Positions 54,564 to 64,000 of a DNA stretch of 64,000 bases are shown here, in pieces. The position numbers and the translations under genes were made by a program. The stretch spans positions 1 through 64,000 of IMG/VR virus record IMGVR_UViG_3300030419_005541; one strand, 5' to 3'. The notes beneath the pieces were generated by a model. The model did not search any database. It was not told the origin of the DNA and saw nothing but the letters and a program-made list of their open reading frames with translations. This DNA is from a virus. Position 1 is the stretch's first letter, and every line of letters begins with the position of its first letter.

Positions 54564-55679
54564 ATGCACTTATTTACATACGCAACAGAAGATTCAAGTT
54601 TATATGAAGCATCATCGTCAAATAACTTTGGTTTAGATGAGATTCTTGAAATAAGAAAAGATGTAGATGCGGCAGGTGTGACCGTAGATGTATCAAGAAT
54701 AGTAATAAATTTTAACTTAACTCATCTTAGTGAAAGTATTTATGCCGCAGGAGCAGGTAGTTCTGCGAGATATTATTTAAATATGTATGATGCGGGTAGT
54801 GATAATTTAACTACTTCACAAAGTATTTATGCTTATCCTGTTAGTCAATCTTGGCAAATGGGTAGAGGTAAAAAAGTATATGACCCTGCAGTAACAGAAG
54901 GAGTTAGTTGGGATTATAGGTCAGGTAAAAATGAAGAATTATTTTGGAACGGTGGTGTAAAAGATAAGGGTGGTACTTGGTTTAGTGGTTCAGGTTTCGA
55001 AGCGTCTCAAAGTTTTATACATACAGATACGCAACTTGATATGAGAATGGATGTAACTAATATTGTAAATAAATGGTTAAGCGGTACTATTCCTAATAAC
55101 GGATTTATAGTAAAACGTTCAGGTTCTATGGGTAACGATAATGTAGACCTTGATGAAGGTTCAAGTGCTCAGTTAGGAAATTTTAAATTCTTTTCTCGTG
55201 ATACACATACAATTTATACACCAAGATTAGAAGCAGTTTGGAATTCACATTCTTGGTCAACAGGTAGTTTAAGTGGTCTTGATGGTAGAGAAATAGAAGA
55301 TTTACAAATTTATAGTCCAAATCTAAAATCAAAGTATAGTATAAATTATGATGGTAAACTTAGAATTGTAGGTAGAGCTAATTTTCCTGTATTGACTAAT
55401 TCACCATCATCATCTGCTTATACTGATGTAAAGTATTTGCCTTCAGGCTCTCAATATAGTATAATAGATAATTACACAGACGATGTAGTTGTACCATATG
55501 GTTCAGGTTCATTGATATCTTGTGACTCACGTGGTAATTATATAGATTTAAATACAAGTGGATTACAAGAACAAAGAGAATATAAACTATTAGTAAAAGT
55601 TATTAGTGGTTCATATGCTGGTAGTTCGGGAACAGACACCGAAGTTATAGATAACAATTTTACATTTTTTATAAGATAA
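54564..55679 (+). CDS. Baseplate/tail structural protein (DNRLRE-like beta domain)
   Basis: N.GLDEILE, W..G.G, DVT.IV..W.SG...N.GF, FFSRDTHTIY.P.L. Confidence 0.65.
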   Translation: MHLFTYATEDSSLYEASSSNNFGLDEILEIRKDVDAAGVTVDVSRIVINFNLTHLSESIYAAGAGSSARYYLNMYDAGSDNLTTSQSIYAYPVSQSWQMGRGKKVYDPAVTEGVSWDYRSGKNEELFWNGGVKDKGGTWFSGSGFEASQSFIHTDTQLDMRMDVTNIVNKWLSGTIPNNGFIVKRSGSMGNDNVDLDEGSSAQLGNFKFFSRDTHTIYTPRLEAVWNSHSWSTGSLSGLDGREIEDLQIYSPNLKSKYSINYDGKLRIVGRANFPVLTNSPSSSAYTDVKYLPSGSQYSIIDNYTDDVVVPYGSGSLISCDSRGNYIDLNTSGLQEQREYKLLVKVISGSYAGSSGTDTEVIDNNFTFFIR

Positions 55680-55990
55680 TGCCTTATACAAAAGAACAAC
55701 TTGCAAACAACGAGTACTTTCAGAACTTGAAACTTCAAGCTTCTAAAGAATATGAAGAAGAGAAAGCAAGAATGACTGCTGAGTTCGCAGCATCTTCTTC
55801 TTTAGATGACAATAATCAATTATTAAGACAAGGTCCCGGTGGTCCTATTTTGAGTTATGAAGACCCTGAAACAGGTAATGCGCAAGATGACCCGACAGGT
55901 TGGATAAAGATAGATAGAAAACAACCAAAACTTAAACGCGGAGATGGTCTTGAAGAAGTTATAGATAGAAATTTTAATGAGTTAATATAA
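55679..55990 (+). CDS. Hypothetical structural-module protein
   Basis: Coupled ORF. Confidence 0.6.
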   Translation: MPYTKEQLANNEYFQNLKLQASKEYEEEKARMTAEFAASSSLDDNNQLLRQGPGGPILSYEDPETGNAQDDPTGWIKIDRKQPKLKRGDGLEEVIDRNFNELI

Positions 55991-58900
55991 TGTCAAGTAA
56001 ATTATCAGAAAGAGATAAGCAAATATTAAAAGTAGGAGGAACGTTTATTCCTGGTACTCGTAGATTCGAAGGCGGTCCTTTTGGTAACGGTGAAGAAAAT
56101 GATTACATTAAATTATCTATAATAGAACCTACTACTAATCGTATCATAACTTCTAAAGAAGTAGCACCAAATATAATAGATAGTCAAATTGTTGTAAAGC
56201 CAGGTATAGATATAAGAGAGATGGGTTTTGCTTCAGGTAGATTTAATTTTAGATACGAGTTTTTTAGAAGGTTAGCAGGTAGTGAAGATGTAGTATTGAT
56301 TAATACTAAAGAAGGTAATTTAGGTGATATTTATAACGGTCCTTATTTTTTAAAACCTAATGGTGACTATCACGCAGGTACACCTGCTCAGTTAAGAGAA
56401 TCAGGTGATGAAGTAGCATTCCAATTAATGCCAAAAAAGATGAATTACGAAGTTGCTGAGATTTCACCATCAAGAACTGAAATAAGAATACGTGCTAAAC
56501 AAATAAATGATGATGTTTACAAAGACGATTTATATGATAGAGGATTTGCATTTAAAACTTTTATTTCAGATGATGATTATAGACACAGAACTAATACAGA
56601 ACCTGTAGTAAGATTTTATAATCCATTTAATCCTGATATGACTTCACCTTCTAATGCAGGATTTGGTGCACATTCAGGCGGACCGCCTGTTGATGATGAC
56701 CCTACTGCTACACATTTATTATTAGAAAATGGTGCTGGTTTTAGTTTCAAACCAATAATGCAAGATGCGTCTATTAGAATAAAAGATGCTTATGTAATAG
56801 GTGAACGTGAAGAAATCGTAATTACTGAAAATAATATTTTAAGTAATCCAAGTGGTGATACGATTATATTTGATGATAATCTTAATCCACAAAAACCTAC
56901 AGGTGTACAAGATATAGAATTACATACTGATGCTATAAAAGTAGAAGCTTGGTCTGATGGAATCTTAGGTTATAATAATCCTCAACAAGGATTTTATGGA
57001 ACAGGACCTATAGGTTATCACGCAAAATGGGTAAAGGGTGAAGGTCGTAATGGCGGTCAATGTATAAAGTTTATTGATAGAAATGCTATTTACAGAAACG
57101 ACACACAATGGCCAGGTGAACAAGGTGTACACAGACCATTAGTAATTACATCAGGACTTCCTGCTATTTCAAATTATGGTGTTAGTCCAGGACAAGATTT
57201 ATTTTATATAACATATTTTCAAAAATCATCAGACATAAATAAAGGTGCTAATATTAGTATTAAATATGGTGCAGGATTTGGTGTTGGCGAACCGAGACCT
57301 ACTGAACCACCTGCAGGATTTCATATACCAGGAACAGACGTAGGTGAAGTTCCTGATTCTTTACCTTCAGGTTATTTAGCAGAACCTACTGAAGAAAGAC
57401 CGTCTGATGAACTACAAGGTAATTCAGGCGAAGGTTTATTATCACCTGGAAAACAATGGTTTGTTTCTTCTATACAAAACGGATTGTATGTATGGGAACC
57501 AAACTATGCACAATACAATACTGATGATGGTGCTTCTCAAGGAGTTCTTGGTATAAGAAAAGTTGGTGCTCAAACACAAACATCAGGTGAAGATGGTACA
57601 AATCGTACTTGGATATGGAGAGGTACTACTTGGTTGCCTGAGATACCTGCTGTTATACCTGGATGTACAGACCCTTCTGCTTTAAATTATCAAAGTTATG
57701 CACAAGAAGATGATGGTAGTTGTGTGTTTGAACAATCTATTTTACCATCAACAGGTGATTTTGATGTAGTATTTAAATGTAGACATAAAGAATTTTTTAA
57801 AATCAATCCGTGGAATACTTTTTCAGGAAATGAATCTACATTCTTTTTAAAATACGATGAGACATTAGGTGATTATCATATTTGGCAATCTCGATTTGGA
57901 GGTGCTGAAAATGCGGTTAATTATAGATTTGGTATAGAATCTTTGTTTGGTAATAAAAGCCAACCGTCAGGTCATTCTTATTCAGGTGATGGCTCTTTTG
58001 GATGTATAAAAGCATCAGGTAATAAAGTTAGTACAGAAGATAGAGGTCTTGATAATGGATTTCAAGGCTTGATACCATTAATGAAACGATATGGTAGAAT
58101 AAAAGATATTGCAGAGTATTGGAGAACAAGTGGTAGTAATAAGAAAAAAATTCTAATTATTTACATTTCTTTTACTGAAGAGTATAGAGAAGTTCTTAAA
58201 GATTTAGGTGCAACTGAAGACCAAGCTCAAGGTATTATAGTAGAATATAATCAAAGAAATGATGGTGAAGTAGAAAACATTGACTTCTTTTCTGCAGAAA
58301 CTAAACAAGAAAATGATATAGGAACATTAGATGAATTTGTAACTTCAGTTTTTGAAGATGGTGGTGGTAGTGACCCAAGATATTGGTTATTAAATACAAC
58401 AGGTACACCTGCAAGAGCAAAAACTGCAAGTGGTGCTCGTATTATTGACCCGTTTAAAAATAATGATGACTACTTCCAACCTTGGTTTGGACAAGGAATA
58501 ACTCAATGGGATGCTATTTGGGGTGATGATAATTCAGACAAAATTCTTGGTGTAATTGGTGACCAAGTATATGCAACAGAAAATTCTGTTGGCGATAATA
58601 TCACTTCTTATTTATCAGGATACCCAAAACCAATATCAGATGTGTATCCGGGTGTTGGTGAAAAAGATTTATATGTAAATAGAGGTTGTGCTAATCCTTT
58701 TGCAAACAATTATGGTGAAATATCTGAAGGTGATGACGCTGGTGATAATCCTGTAATACAGATGAGAGAGTTTATAGAATCAAGAGAAGTAGGTGATAAC
58801 GTTCCGTTTGGTGGTTTAGTTAAGATAGTAGCAGAAAATGCACAAGAAAGATTACCGGATATATTTGGTGGAAGACCTTACCTTGAACAAAGAAAGTCTA

Positions 58901-61900
58901 CTTTGTTAAATAGATTAAATGCACCGAGTTATGGTTTAAGAAGGTCATTAAACATACCAAATGTCAATGGTGGTAATTGTGATTTCTCTGTTAGTAATGA
59001 CCCGTTAAAAAATGGTACAATGTCGCCTAATGGTTTTTGGAAATGGAATGGTCCTGATGCAGTTTGGGAATATCAAGGTGAAACTCCAGCCGCTATAGAA
59101 TATAAGACTATAGAACTTAATGGTCAAGCAAATTCTGTAGTTAATGATTGGGAAATGATGGAAGGTACAGCTCCAATACCTGAAGATATGTTAACAAACG
59201 AACCAATGGAATTAATAGTAGAAGGACATAGAATAGGCGGTGAAGATGGAAATTCAACACAAGGAATTGTTTGGGTAGATGATTTTGATTTAAGATTTCA
59301 AAAACCAGGAGAAACTACAAATCAAAATATTTATGCAGATTACATAGGTACGATAAAACAAGTTCAAGGTAATGACTTAGTTAAACTTGATAGAAGTTTT
59401 GATGAAGTAGGTACAGAGTTAGGTGCATTACAAGTACCATCAAACACAGGAAGAGAAAATAGAACACGGGGCGGTCAACCTGTAGATGTAACTCGACCAT
59501 TTAAAAATTTTGAAATACGTTATCGTGTTAATGATGATGAAGAACTTAGAACTTACGTTGAAGTTCGTGGTCAAAAATATTTAACTACTAACTTTAAAAT
59601 TGATAGAAAATCTACACCTGAGTATCCACACGCTGTAGATTATAAATTATATACTGCTTTAGAATCTTCAGTTTCAAAGTTTGACTCTATAAGTATTATA
59701 AAAGAGATGGCAGAACCATATGAAGATACTATAGACATTATTGATTATGTTCCACAAGATATAAAAGGTACCGTTTTATTAAGTCCAAAACTTGAAGATT
59801 CAGAAAGTCCGTTGAGAGCGAGACCTACTACATTTCATAATGAAAATACTTTATTAACATCTAATGTAGATATAAAAGAAAAATTACAAAATGTTATATT
59901 ATCAGGTTCTTTAGAAGAAACAGAACTAAATGTACCACACGACAAAGGTTTTAGAGAGTTTATACATTTTTCTTCTGCTGAAAAAAGAATTAGAAATTTT
60001 AAATACAAATTAGAATTGATAGAAAGTTATACACAAAGTTCTGCAAGTAGTGCGGCTATAACTCAAGCAAGTTACGGAACAGAAAAGAAAGACAAAGACA
60101 TTTGGCATCAAAGAATTAGAAATGTTAAAAATGGTTTTGATACATTTGAAAAATATATGTATGAACAATCGAGTTCTTTTTATTCTTCTTCTATGGGTAC
60201 GTTTTATGACAATTCTTGGCCAAAGGTAAGTGGTGCAGGTACAATGAATAGTCCTTATGTTCTTGCTCATACTACGTCTTCACAAGCAACTACGTGGTTT
60301 AATAATCAAATAGTTAGTTCTTCTGAATACGATAGTAGAAATGGAAGTTATCTTGTAAACAATATGCCTGAGTTTGTTAATAGTCAAGAAAATCAAGCGT
60401 ATGTAGATTTTGTTAAAATGATGGGGCAGATGTTTGATAAAATTTGGTTGTACATTAATCAAGTAGGTATGATTAATGATAGAAGGTCAAGTATATCTGA
60501 AGGACTTTCAAAACAATTATATTATTCTGTAGCTAAAAGTCTTGGATGGGGTTTAGCAGATGGTAAAGACTTAGTAGACTTACCTAATTTTATTTTAGGT
60601 CAACGTGCAAGTGGTTCTGCGGGAACATTTGAAGAAATAGAAAGAACTGAACAAGATATATCAAGAGAGATATGGTCACGTATTGTATCTAATATGCCAT
60701 ACTTTTTAAAGAATAAAGGAACCGTAAGAGCATTGAAAGGATTGATTAATTGTTATGGTATACCAAGTTCAATATTAAGAGTAAAAGAATATGGCGGGCC
60801 TGATACACCAAGTTCTGTAAACTTTGAAATAAATAGAAAATTTACAAAAGCACTTGGATTCAGAGGAGGTCAACGAGTACATTTTAGTTGGCAAGAAGCT
60901 TCTGCTTCTATAGCAACTGATAAACCACAATTTCCTGATACGGTAGAATGGAGATTTAGAGCACCATTTAGTCAAAATCAAGTTATATGGAATAAGTCTG
61001 ATAACAAGATGGGTATAGTAATGAAAGATAATAACAATGCTGATAACATTGGTAGTTTATTATTTTACTTGTCAGGTTCAGATGGTTGGAAAGCAACATC
61101 TTCTTCATTAATGCCAATATATGATAATGAATATTATAGTGCTATGATTAGAAGAACTCCACAAAGTGCATCTATACAAAATAGTGTAGACTATAATTTA
61201 GTAGTAAAAAAATATGATGCGGGTATAGATAGATTTCAATATGTGTCTTCTAATACGTTAACTATTAATGGTGCTACTGCGGCCGGTAAAACTTATAATT
61301 CATCTTGGGATAGTTTTGGCAGATTTGATATTGGTGGTGCGGCTGTTATATCAGGTGCAATAACAGGTTCTGTTAATTTTAATAAATTACCAATACAAAG
61401 ATTTTCAGGTTCATTAATGGAAGTTCGTGTTTGGACAGAAACTTTAAACACAGGTTCTTTTGATAATCACGCAAACAATCCAAAAGCGTATGATGGTAAT
61501 AGTATTTCTTCATCATATGAACACATTGTTTCTCGATATTCTTTTGACGATGATAAAAATTTACAAACAGATACTTCTGTTAGAGATGTATCTGCTAAGA
61601 CAACAGAAACTCAAAATGCTACTGCAGTAGGATTCACAGGAAACTTCTTTGAGTCTGTAGTAGATAGAACAAAAACTTTAGTACCAAACTTAGGTCCATC
61701 AAAAGTAAGTTCTAATAAAATTAGAATAGAAGCAAATGTTGTTAGACCTGAGTTTCAATATATTAGTGGTAGTGATGGTATGTATACTGAATTACAATCT
61801 GAAAAACCAATTGGCAGAGGTAGATATGATTTTGCACCAACTGATAGTAATAAACTTGGGATATATTTTTCACCAAGTGATGCCATAAATCAAGATATAA

Positions 61901-62808
61901 TAGAATCATTAGCTAATATTGATTTTGGTAATTATCTCGGTGACCCTCGTGACAGATATTCAGAAACATATCGAGGTCTCGAAGCGGCACAAGATAAATA
62001 TTGGCAGAAGTATAATGCACCATTTAATTTTTGGCAGTACTTAAAATTATTAAAAACATACGACCAAAGTATTTTTCCACAACTTAAAAAATTAACACCT
62101 GCTCGTGCTAATGCAAGATTTGGTATTTTAGTAGAACCTAATATACTTGAAAGAGCAAGAGAAGTAGTTGGTAAACAACCTATATTTGAAAATACATATT
62201 ATGAAACTTTACTACCAATTAGTGAATCATATTATGCACCAGGAATATCAGAGTTTAGAATGTACGGTCAACCAAATTCACCATCAACAGATACATCTTT
62301 TGATGAGATAAATCAATCAATAAAATTTTATACTAATGACCCAAGTTCGAGTGCTATGGTTATTCGAGGAGAGAATAAATTTTATGAGGGTGTGATTTCA
62401 CAAAGTAGAATGGAAAATTTTGAACATAGTATACTTGAAAGAAAAGGACAACCGGGAGATATTTATGCTTCAGCATCTGTAACATTTGGTGATTCGTTTA
62501 AAGACCAACAACCTTTACAGCCTAATGTTACAGGTTCAAGACTTAATCCTTTAAAAGGTAGAATTAAATTATTTTATAGTAGTCAATTTAGTGCATCATA
62601 TGAAATGCCTTCAAGTTTTTCATATGAACCAGCTGAAATTAACGTTCCTGCTGATTCATCTACTGCTATGAGAAGATTATTTTTTGAAGGAATTAAAAAT
62701 ACTAAACTTACAACACAAGATGGTGGATTACCTGTTGAAGTAACATTGACTTCACCAACAAGAATTGTAACAAAAGAACCAGGAGATTCAAAACTTGACA
62801 TTGAATAG
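55990..62808 (+). CDS. Large baseplate wedge/tail protein (2272 aa) with inserted adhesin-like domains and LamG-like domain
   Basis: EISPSRTEIR, F.HFSSA..R..NF.YK, KNKGT.RA.K.LI.CYG (gpI/gp7-like), FSGS..EVRVW LamG-like, GCTDP motif. Confidence 0.75.
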   Translation: MSSKLSERDKQILKVGGTFIPGTRRFEGGPFGNGEENDYIKLSIIEPTTNRIITSKEVAPNIIDSQIVVKPGIDIREMGFASGRFNFRYEFFRRLAGSEDVVLINTKEGNLGDIYNGPYFLKPNGDYHAGTPAQLRESGDEVAFQLMPKKMNYEVAEISPSRTEIRIRAKQINDDVYKDDLYDRGFAFKTFISDDDYRHRTNTEPVVRFYNPFNPDMTSPSNAGFGAHSGGPPVDDDPTATHLLLENGAGFSFKPIMQDASIRIKDAYVIGEREEIVITENNILSNPSGDTIIFDDNLNPQKPTGVQDIELHTDAIKVEAWSDGILGYNNPQQGFYGTGPIGYHAKWVKGEGRNGGQCIKFIDRNAIYRNDTQWPGEQGVHRPLVITSGLPAISNYGVSPGQDLFYITYFQKSSDINKGANISIKYGAGFGVGEPRPTEPPAGFHIPGTDVGEVPDSLPSGYLAEPTEERPSDELQGNSGEGLLSPGKQWFVSSIQNGLYVWEPNYAQYNTDDGASQGVLGIRKVGAQTQTSGEDGTNRTWIWRGTTWLPEIPAVIPGCTDPSALNYQSYAQEDDGSCVFEQSILPSTGDFDVVFKCRHKEFFKINPWNTFSGNESTFFLKYDETLGDYHIWQSRFGGAENAVNYRFGIESLFGNKSQPSGHSYSGDGSFGCIKASGNKVSTEDRGLDNGFQGLIPLMKRYGRIKDIAEYWRTSGSNKKKILIIYISFTEEYREVLKDLGATEDQAQGIIVEYNQRNDGEVENIDFFSAETKQENDIGTLDEFVTSVFEDGGGSDPRYWLLNTTGTPARAKTASGARIIDPFKNNDDYFQPWFGQGITQWDAIWGDDNSDKILGVIGDQVYATENSVGDNITSYLSGYPKPISDVYPGVGEKDLYVNRGCANPFANNYGEISEGDDAGDNPVIQMREFIESREVGDNVPFGGLVKIVAENAQERLPDIFGGRPYLEQRKSTLLNRLNAPSYGLRRSLNIPNVNGGNCDFSVSNDPLKNGTMSPNGFWKWNGPDAVWEYQGETPAAIEYKTIELNGQANSVVNDWEMMEGTAPIPEDMLTNEPMELIVEGHRIGGEDGNSTQGIVWVDDFDLRFQKPGETTNQNIYADYIGTIKQVQGNDLVKLDRSFDEVGTELGALQVPSNTGRENRTRGGQPVDVTRPFKNFEIRYRVNDDEELRTYVEVRGQKYLTTNFKIDRKSTPEYPHAVDYKLYTALESSVSKFDSISIIKEMAEPYEDTIDIIDYVPQDIKGTVLLSPKLEDSESPLRARPTTFHNENTLLTSNVDIKEKLQNVILSGSLEETELNVPHDKGFREFIHFSSAEKRIRNFKYKLELIESYTQSSASSAAITQASYGTEKKDKDIWHQRIRNVKNGFDTFEKYMYEQSSSFYSSSMGTFYDNSWPKVSGAGTMNSPYVLAHTTSSQATTWFNNQIVSSSEYDSRNGSYLVNNMPEFVNSQENQAYVDFVKMMGQMFDKIWLYINQVGMINDRRSSISEGLSKQLYYSVAKSLGWGLADGKDLVDLPNFILGQRASGSAGTFEEIERTEQDISREIWSRIVSNMPYFLKNKGTVRALKGLINCYGIPSSILRVKEYGGPDTPSSVNFEINRKFTKALGFRGGQRVHFSWQEASASIATDKPQFPDTVEWRFRAPFSQNQVIWNKSDNKMGIVMKDNNNADNIGSLLFYLSGSDGWKATSSSLMPIYDNEYYSAMIRRTPQSASIQNSVDYNLVVKKYDAGIDRFQYVSSNTLTINGATAAGKTYNSSWDSFGRFDIGGAAVISGAITGSVNFNKLPIQRFSGSLMEVRVWTETLNTGSFDNHANNPKAYDGNSISSSYEHIVSRYSFDDDKNLQTDTSVRDVSAKTTETQNATAVGFTGNFFESVVDRTKTLVPNLGPSKVSSNKIRIEANVVRPEFQYISGSDGMYTELQSEKPIGRGRYDFAPTDSNKLGIYFSPSDAINQDIIESLANIDFGNYLGDPRDRYSETYRGLEAAQDKYWQKYNAPFNFWQYLKLLKTYDQSIFPQLKKLTPARANARFGILVEPNILERAREVVGKQPIFENTYYETLLPISESYYAPGISEFRMYGQPNSPSTDTSFDEINQSIKFYTNDPSSSAMVIRGENKFYEGVISQSRMENFEHSILERKGQPGDIYASASVTFGDSFKDQQPLQPNVTGSRLNPLKGRIKLFYSSQFSASYEMPSSFSYEPAEINVPADSSTAMRRLFFEGIKNTKLTTQDGGLPVEVTLTSPTRIVTKEPGDSKLDIE

Positions 62809-62877
62809 TGAAGAAAAACTTAATGAACCAATATTTAATATAGAAGAATAGTCTATTTATCTAATAGGAGTCTAATT

Positions 62878-63543
62878 ATGGGATTTTTAAATAATACAAA
62901 TATTACCGTTGATGCTGTACTTACAAAGAAGGGCAGAGAACTTTTAGCCAAAGGTGAGAATCAGTTCAACATAACAAAGTTTGCTTTAGCAGACGATGAA
63001 GTCGATTATCGTTTGTGGGATGTTACACATCCTAATGGTAGTGATTTCTACGGCAACGTAATTGAGAGTATGCCTTTACTTGAAGCATTTCCTGATGAAA
63101 ATCACGTTATGCGATATAAGTTAGTAACTCTACCTAAATCAACACAAGCAATGCCGATACTTGAAGTAGCACAAAGTGCAATTACTCTGAGAAGATTAAA
63201 TTCTGTTAGTATCATAAATCCATCTACACAGAATGGTTCAGATGATACATTAGGCTATACTTTTATTCTTCATAATCAATCTATGGCGAGACTCAGAGTT
63301 AGAGCAGGTGCACAAGTAACTGCAGGTGGTACAACGGTACCATTTTTCTTAGATGAAGACGATTTACCAAATAGTATTTCAGTAGTAGGTAAAAGTGTTG
63401 AAATAAGGCCAAAAAGATTGACAAGAACACAAACTACACAAATAACCGTAGTAGGTAATGAGACAGCCGCTACTACTACTCTAAACTTAACCGTTAGACG
63501 TAATAGAACATTCGGTGTGATGTCTGCTGCGGGTCCATTATAA
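62878..63543 (+). CDS. Tail/baseplate protein (tail-collar-fibre-like N-terminus)
   Basis: DAVLTKKGRELLA...F.ITKFALADDEVDY. Confidence 0.7.
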   Translation: MGFLNNTNITVDAVLTKKGRELLAKGENQFNITKFALADDEVDYRLWDVTHPNGSDFYGNVIESMPLLEAFPDENHVMRYKLVTLPKSTQAMPILEVAQSAITLRRLNSVSIINPSTQNGSDDTLGYTFILHNQSMARLRVRAGAQVTAGGTTVPFFLDEDDLPNSISVVGKSVEIRPKRLTRTQTTQITVVGNETAATTTLNLTVRRNRTFGVMSAAGPL

Positions 63544-63557
63544 GGGAGGAATGACTA

Positions 63558-64000
63558 ATGGCGATTTATCAACGATTTCAAACAGAAGCTGAAAATCCTG
63601 AGAATCCTGATGTGATTTCAGGACTCAGAGATGTTATCTCTTCCGGAATGTGGAGCGGCGGAGCAGGTACATTAACTACATTCTTCACTTCATCAACACA
63701 ATCAGGTTCGACAGGTGACTATTACTTAGATGTTTATAAAGCAGACCCTGATGCGGATTCTACTGCTGAAGTTCAGTTTAGTATAGCTTATTGTCACTAT
63801 AATGGTAGTGGTTCTTTAGGAAACAGAGGAGCTACAGGTAAAAGAGCATCTGCGGCATTATATGGTCAGTTTTCAAATATATTATTAGGACCAGGTGAAG
63901 ATAAATTCACAATGGCAAGTAATCACGTTTTGAATCACGCATATGTTATTTCTCTACAAAGAGCGAGACTACGTGAAAAGATGGACCCAGGTAATTGGGA
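63558..64000 (+). CDS. Structural protein, truncated by window end
   Basis: SD GGGAGG; MAIYQRFQ...VQFSIAY.HYNGSGS open to the end. Confidence 0.7.
   Translation, partial: MAIYQRFQTEAENPENPDVISGLRDVISSGMWSGGAGTLTTFFTSSTQSGSTGDYYLDVYKADPDADSTAEVQFSIAYCHYNGSGSLGNRGATGKRASAALYGQFSNILLGPGEDKFTMASNHVLNHAYVISLQRARLREKMDPGNW

Noticed and set aside
1763-62801. Minus-strand ORFs and short alternative-frame plus ORFs in the track (e.g. 2608-2961, 8416-8856, 40262-40597, 51062-51646)
   Set aside because: They shadow well-supported plus-strand genes and have no SD or recognisable motifs
55990-62808. Intein or intron in the giant ORF
   Set aside because: No intein C/S...HN-(C/S/T) ends or LAGLIDADG motifs seen, and the frame is uninterrupted
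1-64000. Stop-codon reassignment as in some jumbo phages
   Set aside because: Conserved genes are full length in the standard code, and TAA, TAG and TGA all end genes at coupled junctions

Overview
This AT-rich, almost entirely plus-strand, densely packed 64 kb segment comes from a large lytic myovirus-type (T4-like/jumbo) phage, probably marine. The host is inferred to be an FCB-group bacterium, possibly Marinimicrobia. Layout: (1) 1-1 kb, non-coding, with two promoter-driven structured RNA candidates, one carrying a tRNA-like T-arm module. (2) 1-25 kb, early/auxiliary genes: vWA + MoxR AAA, SNase, 2OG oxygenases, glycosyltransferase, Hsp20, J-domain protein, SLT, HNH, ThyX, HAD phosphatase, UvdE, PC4-like SSB, radical SAM-SPASM/QueC-like fusion, PhoH, Nudix. 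A conserved 18-bp-spacer sigma70-like promoter recurs here. (3) 25-34 kb, an envelope/pilus module: Cys-rich micropeptide, beta-barrel, two secreted poly-Lys peptides, lipoprotein, MshEN c-di-GMP-receptor-like protein, Hc1-like protein, Popeye-type cNMP-binding membrane protein and four tandem type IV pilins behind a sigma54-like promoter. (4) 34-41 kb, small early genes, peptide deformylase, MazG and IMPDH/GMPR. (5) 41-48 kb, a 7-deazaguanine DNA-modification cluster (queD, queE, folE, DpdL-like, DpdA-like) with extra glycosyltransferase, PRTase and 2OG oxygenase genes. (6) 48.6-64 kb, a gp55-like late sigma factor and baseplate/tail genes. All calls come from manual motif recognition; no searches were run.
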